64,000 nucleotides of DNA from Eledone cirrhosa (taxonomy: Eukaryota): contig OZ024747.1 of NCBI GenBank assembly GCA_964016885.1, positions 80,600,001 through 80,664,000 on the forward strand. The letters are read 5' to 3'. Below, in pieces: positions 59,857-64,000 of this stretch (positions within the stretch are counted from its first letter, which is position 1; each line of letters starts with the position of its first letter). Below the pieces are notes generated by a model, which searched no databases, was not told the origin of the DNA, and worked only from the letters and a program-made list of their open reading frames with translations. The position numbers were made by a program, and so were the translations under genes.

Positions 59857-61149
59857 ATGTGTATGTGAGGGGATGTATATGCATGTATGCATCTACATAT
59901 GTATATATGATCTACAACTGACACGACCCGAATCTCTAGGTAGAAAGCTTTTAGCTAAAAACACTTGACAACAAACATTTTATATGTTATTTATATCATC
60001 AGAATATAAACTATTCTATCGCAATTTGTTTAACTATCTCTCTATCCACCAAATCCCAGTTTTTCACATGTATGTACATTCATTAATTCATAACAAAGAC
60101 TTTCCAGAGAATCCTTCATTGCATATTTGATACCAGTTTATAAGAAAATACATCAACATAAAAACTTCTTGAAAAAAAAAAAATAACGTTGGACGAAGTT
60201 CTGTAACATGTTGCATAACTCTGGCCTATATAACCTACTAGAATATCTAAACATGAACAAAATGATTACTGTGCAGATGGAGGAGAAAATGGGTGTGGAA
60301 TTCCAGAGTTCTCTAGGGAGTGGATGTTTTTTGAAAACATCAACCTGGAGAGTGATGCGGTTCACTAGGTTTTAAATTCCCAAGATATCAGCAAGCGTTA
60401 AAAACTGATAAGTAGAAAAATGCTGTGTTATTTTAGATAGAACATGTAGGTGGAGTTGTCTACGAGAATCGAACCGTGTATTTGTTGTATGTTGGACAAT
60501 TATGAATTAAACTTGTATACGTCTACTTGGACAAGCTACAATGTTTTGCCTTCATATATATGTCACGAACTTTGCTGATATTTTAGTAATTATTTAATTA
60601 CCAACGGTATATATATATGTGTGTTTAGTTTTGTGTATGTGTGTATATGTTGCCACGTCTACATCGCTAAACTAAAGGTGCTGTTTTTCATGTAGTGTAA
60701 TTTAGCAGTTCGACAAATACAGGTCGATAACATAATTATCAGGGGTTGATCACTGAAGTTGATACTATCGACTGAATGTTGCTTACCTATCCCTCTGAAA
60801 AACTACAGCAGAGGTATCATTGTAGAGGGTGATGATATCTAGTTACATAACTACCATCGATTAGTCTGCATATTGATTTTGCTCCATGAAACAAATATAA
60901 ACTAACTCAAGTTTTTTTTTATTCCTTCATGCACAGTTGAACATTATACCTACCTACCTATCTACATACATGATGGCTGCACCATATAACATTATTAATA
61001 ATTATCAGTTAATGCTATCGTGCAATGCCTGTGGGTGAAGATTTTTTTTAAAGTGAGGAAGAAGATTTGTTTTAAAGACTGTGCACTGAGCCAGTCTCAC
61101 ACACTGAGCGTCAGTAGCTATAACATACATACATGCACACATACATACA

Positions 61150-62532
61150 TAACGAAATCCGAGCAGTTGATGTTGGAACTCGAAAAATACTGAACAAGAC
61201 CGGAAACTTCCACATCAACAGTGACATAGACCGCCTTTACTTGAAACGTAAGCAGGGAGTCAGAGGCCTAACATCAGTCCAGACAACATTTGAATGTCGC
61301 ATCATATCTCTCCAACAACATCTACGAACCTCGAAGCGTAGGAGCCCGCTTCTCAAGCAAGTCTATCTGCATGAAACAGATAAGATCATGAGAGTTGGGA
61401 AGGAACTCCTTGAGAGATATTCCCTGTGCGATAATCAAAAACTCACACCCAGGGATGTCGCTCAGCAGTATCGCAGTGAATCCATGGATGAAAAACTGCA
61501 TGCCTATCAGCAAAAAATCATGCATGGATATGTTGCCAGGAAGCTCCAGAGTGTGAGTAATATAGATAAGGAAAGTAGTCTATCTTGGACCAACAACCAC
61601 TATATTTGCTCCCACTTTGAAGGATACGCTTTTGCAATCCAAGAACAGGAGATTAGCACGAAATACCTGATTCACAAAAGAGATAGGGATGCAGGCAAAA
61701 CACCTAGATGTGATATCAAGTTCAGACTCTGCAGAACTAACATCGAGGATATCACCCATGTCATCAGCAGCTGCCCAAAGATGTCATCGCGGTACTATTT
61801 ACCTATGAGGCATGATGTAGTGGCCAAAACACTGAACAATGCAGTTCGTAAAAAAGATAGCCCCGATAATAAACACATTAAAAGCTACAGCAATGTGGAA
61901 GATATAATATGAAAGAGTACTGGTGGAATGTTCCAGGAAAAACCCCAATAAAATGCAGGCATAACAGACCAGATATTATGATATGGGACAGGGAGAAGAA
62001 AACATGCACAGTAGTGGAAATTAGCTGCCCAGCAGATGCCAATATAATATCAAAGATTAGTGAAAAGGAGAATATTTATGCAGAACTGATGAGAAATCTG
62101 CAGATACTCCACCCTGATTACACCTTCAGATTTATGCCTGTGATTATTGGGGCACTGGGGTATGTTAGTAACTGCCTCAATACAAATCTTAAGAAGCTAG
62201 GCTTCACAGGAACAGAAAGAACGCAACTAGTTAGGAAATTACAAATATAATCCATTAATGGAACAGTAAAAATTTGTAAAACATTCCAAAAATGTTGCAT
62301 CTAATAACTGCATATACACATGTACAGATACAAAGCATATACACATGCACACATACAACTCAAAATATACACATCCACACATACAATAGCATCCATATCT
62401 ACACATGCATGCATACATACATATCTACCTAGTTGATGTTGTGTAAATTCCAATGAGAGAGTCTTGTGTCTATGTTAGAAACCGACTCTCTCTCTATTGG
62501 TAAAACTTTGTGAAATTATAAAACCAGAAGAA
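61150..62532 (+). mobile_element. 5'-truncated R4/Dong-type non-LTR retrotransposon (RLE endonuclease) in (CATA)n; one frameshift and a premature stop
   Basis: DIDRLYLKR..G.RGL, MHG, AIQEQ.I.T, (C>F)RLC...EDITHVISSC, RHDVVA, NRPDIMIWD..K...VVEISCP, EK..IY, PVIIGALG. Confidence 0.92.
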
Positions 62533-63342
62533 CACACATACATGAGGATTGCCGTGTCTTCACAGATGATTGCCATCTCTTATTGATTCTTCGTTATCAT
62601 CCCATCTGAAACCATTACGTCGTAGATGAGTTTGTAGGCCAGCTGTATATCTGCATGGTGTAAGACATAGGTGACAGAAGAGGGTTGTGCTTTCCACGGG
62701 ACCATGGGGTCACCCTGTGTCACACTATCTTCATGTACCACCATGTGTTTTTTACATACATACATAAATAAATGCCTAGCTAACTACTCTAATCTACTTA
62801 ATTGCCTACCTACCTACCCAACTATCTACTTAATTGCCTCTCTACCAACCCACCTATCTATTTACATGCCTACCTCTCTACCTACCCACCTAAAAACTTA
62901 CCAATCCACCTAAAAACTTAACCCACCGACCTAAAACGAATATTTTCTTTCACCTTTTATAAGATAAGTTTAGTATTGTATATATAAACCATTGTAGCCA
63001 ATGGAGAACTTATTAGTATTATGATTATTGTTACTACTACAACTAATATAAGAAAGATTAATTTCAATTCAGCCATTTTTACAAATCGAATGCATAATTC
63101 AAATCTTTCTAATGATGTCTTTCGTTGATGATAAATTAGCTATTTCTTCTCGTTCATTGCTTGAATAAAGCATGTTTATCTTTGCGGAATATCAAACGAT
63201 ATAAAAAATGTTACTAAAAATATTATTAACAACAATGATAAATACACAAGCAGTCACCAAACCCAAATAAGTAGCAATATTGATCAACTCGACTATGTTT
63301 GATGAACAAGACTTCCTCCAATTACGAAGATTCTATGAGCAT

Positions 63343-64000
63343 AGTGATGGTAGTGGTGGTGCTGGTGGTGGTAGTAGTGGCTGGATGGTAATGGTGGTGG
63401 TGGTGGTGGTGTTAATGGTGGTGATGGTGGTGATGGTGGTGACGACAACGATGTATGTGGTGGTGGTGGTGTTGATGGTGGTGATGGTGGTGCTGGTGGT
63501 GACGACAACGATGTATGTGGTGGTGGTGGTGGTGTTGATGGTGGTGATGGTGGTGATGGTGGTGACGACAACGATGTATGTGGTGGTGATGGTGTTGATG
63601 GTAGTGATGGTGGTGATGGTGGTGACGACAACGATGGCCGTGGTGGTGGTGGTGGTGGTGGTGATGGTGGTGGTGGTTTTGACGACAACGATGTATGTGG
63701 TGGTGGTGGTGTTGATGGTGGTGATGGTGCTGCTGGTGGTGACGACAACGATGTATGTGGTGGTGGTGGTCTTGATGGTGGTGATGGTGGTGATGGTGGT
63801 GACGACAACGATGTATGTGGTGGTGATGGTGGTGATGGTAGTGATGGTGGTGATGGTGGTGACGACAACGATGTATGTGGTGTTGGTGGTGTTGATGGTA
63901 GTGATGGTGGTGATGGTGGTGGTGGTGATGGTGGTGATGGTGGTGGTGGTGGTGATGGTGGTGGTGGTGGTGACGACAACGATGTATGTGGTGGTGGTGG
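63343..64000. repeat. (GGT/GAT)-based minisatellite with a unit of about 60 bp, running off the window end
   Basis: anchor GACGACAACGATGTATGT recurs at about 60-bp spacing; unit lengths vary in multiples of 3. Confidence 0.95.

Noticed and set aside
63293-63979. 228-aa Pro/Ser-rich extensin-like ORF
   Set aside because: Product of a triplet-based minisatellite that is open by composition; no domain or splice evidence. Not fully excluded because it runs off the window.

Overview
This is AT-rich, microsatellite-saturated animal DNA. The SINE and LINE content suggests an octopod cephalopod (inference). No intact host gene is supportable, almost all supplied ORFs are translations of simple repeats, and there is one 200-N gap. 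The real protein-coding remnants are all retroelements: a decayed Penelope-like element (PLE; RT + GIY-YIG, 12.8-15.4 kb), a 5'-truncated Tx1/L1-type LINE in (GATA)n, a 5'-truncated R4/Dong-type RLE LINE, and several RTE-clade fragments. There are also about 14 tRNA-derived SINE copies and Tc1/mariner- and piggyBac-type MITEs. Two things stand out. First, short islands inside (TA)n tracts are often asymmetric fold-back palindromes carrying type I hammerhead ribozymes (HHR). I can fold at least 6 complete canonical cores by eye, plus about 10 variant, decayed or half copies from several unrelated families, and five or six such islands are nested in one 3-kb cluster (28.07-31.08 kb). Second, a 615-bp non-coding unit occurs as near-perfect tandem arrays at two separate (TA)n sites (about 8.7 and 1.9 copies). 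The arrays share one fixed end, have one variable end and locus-specific SNPs, and contain a non-canonical hammerhead-like fold. This is a candidate rolling-circle, retrozyme-like mobile RNA element.
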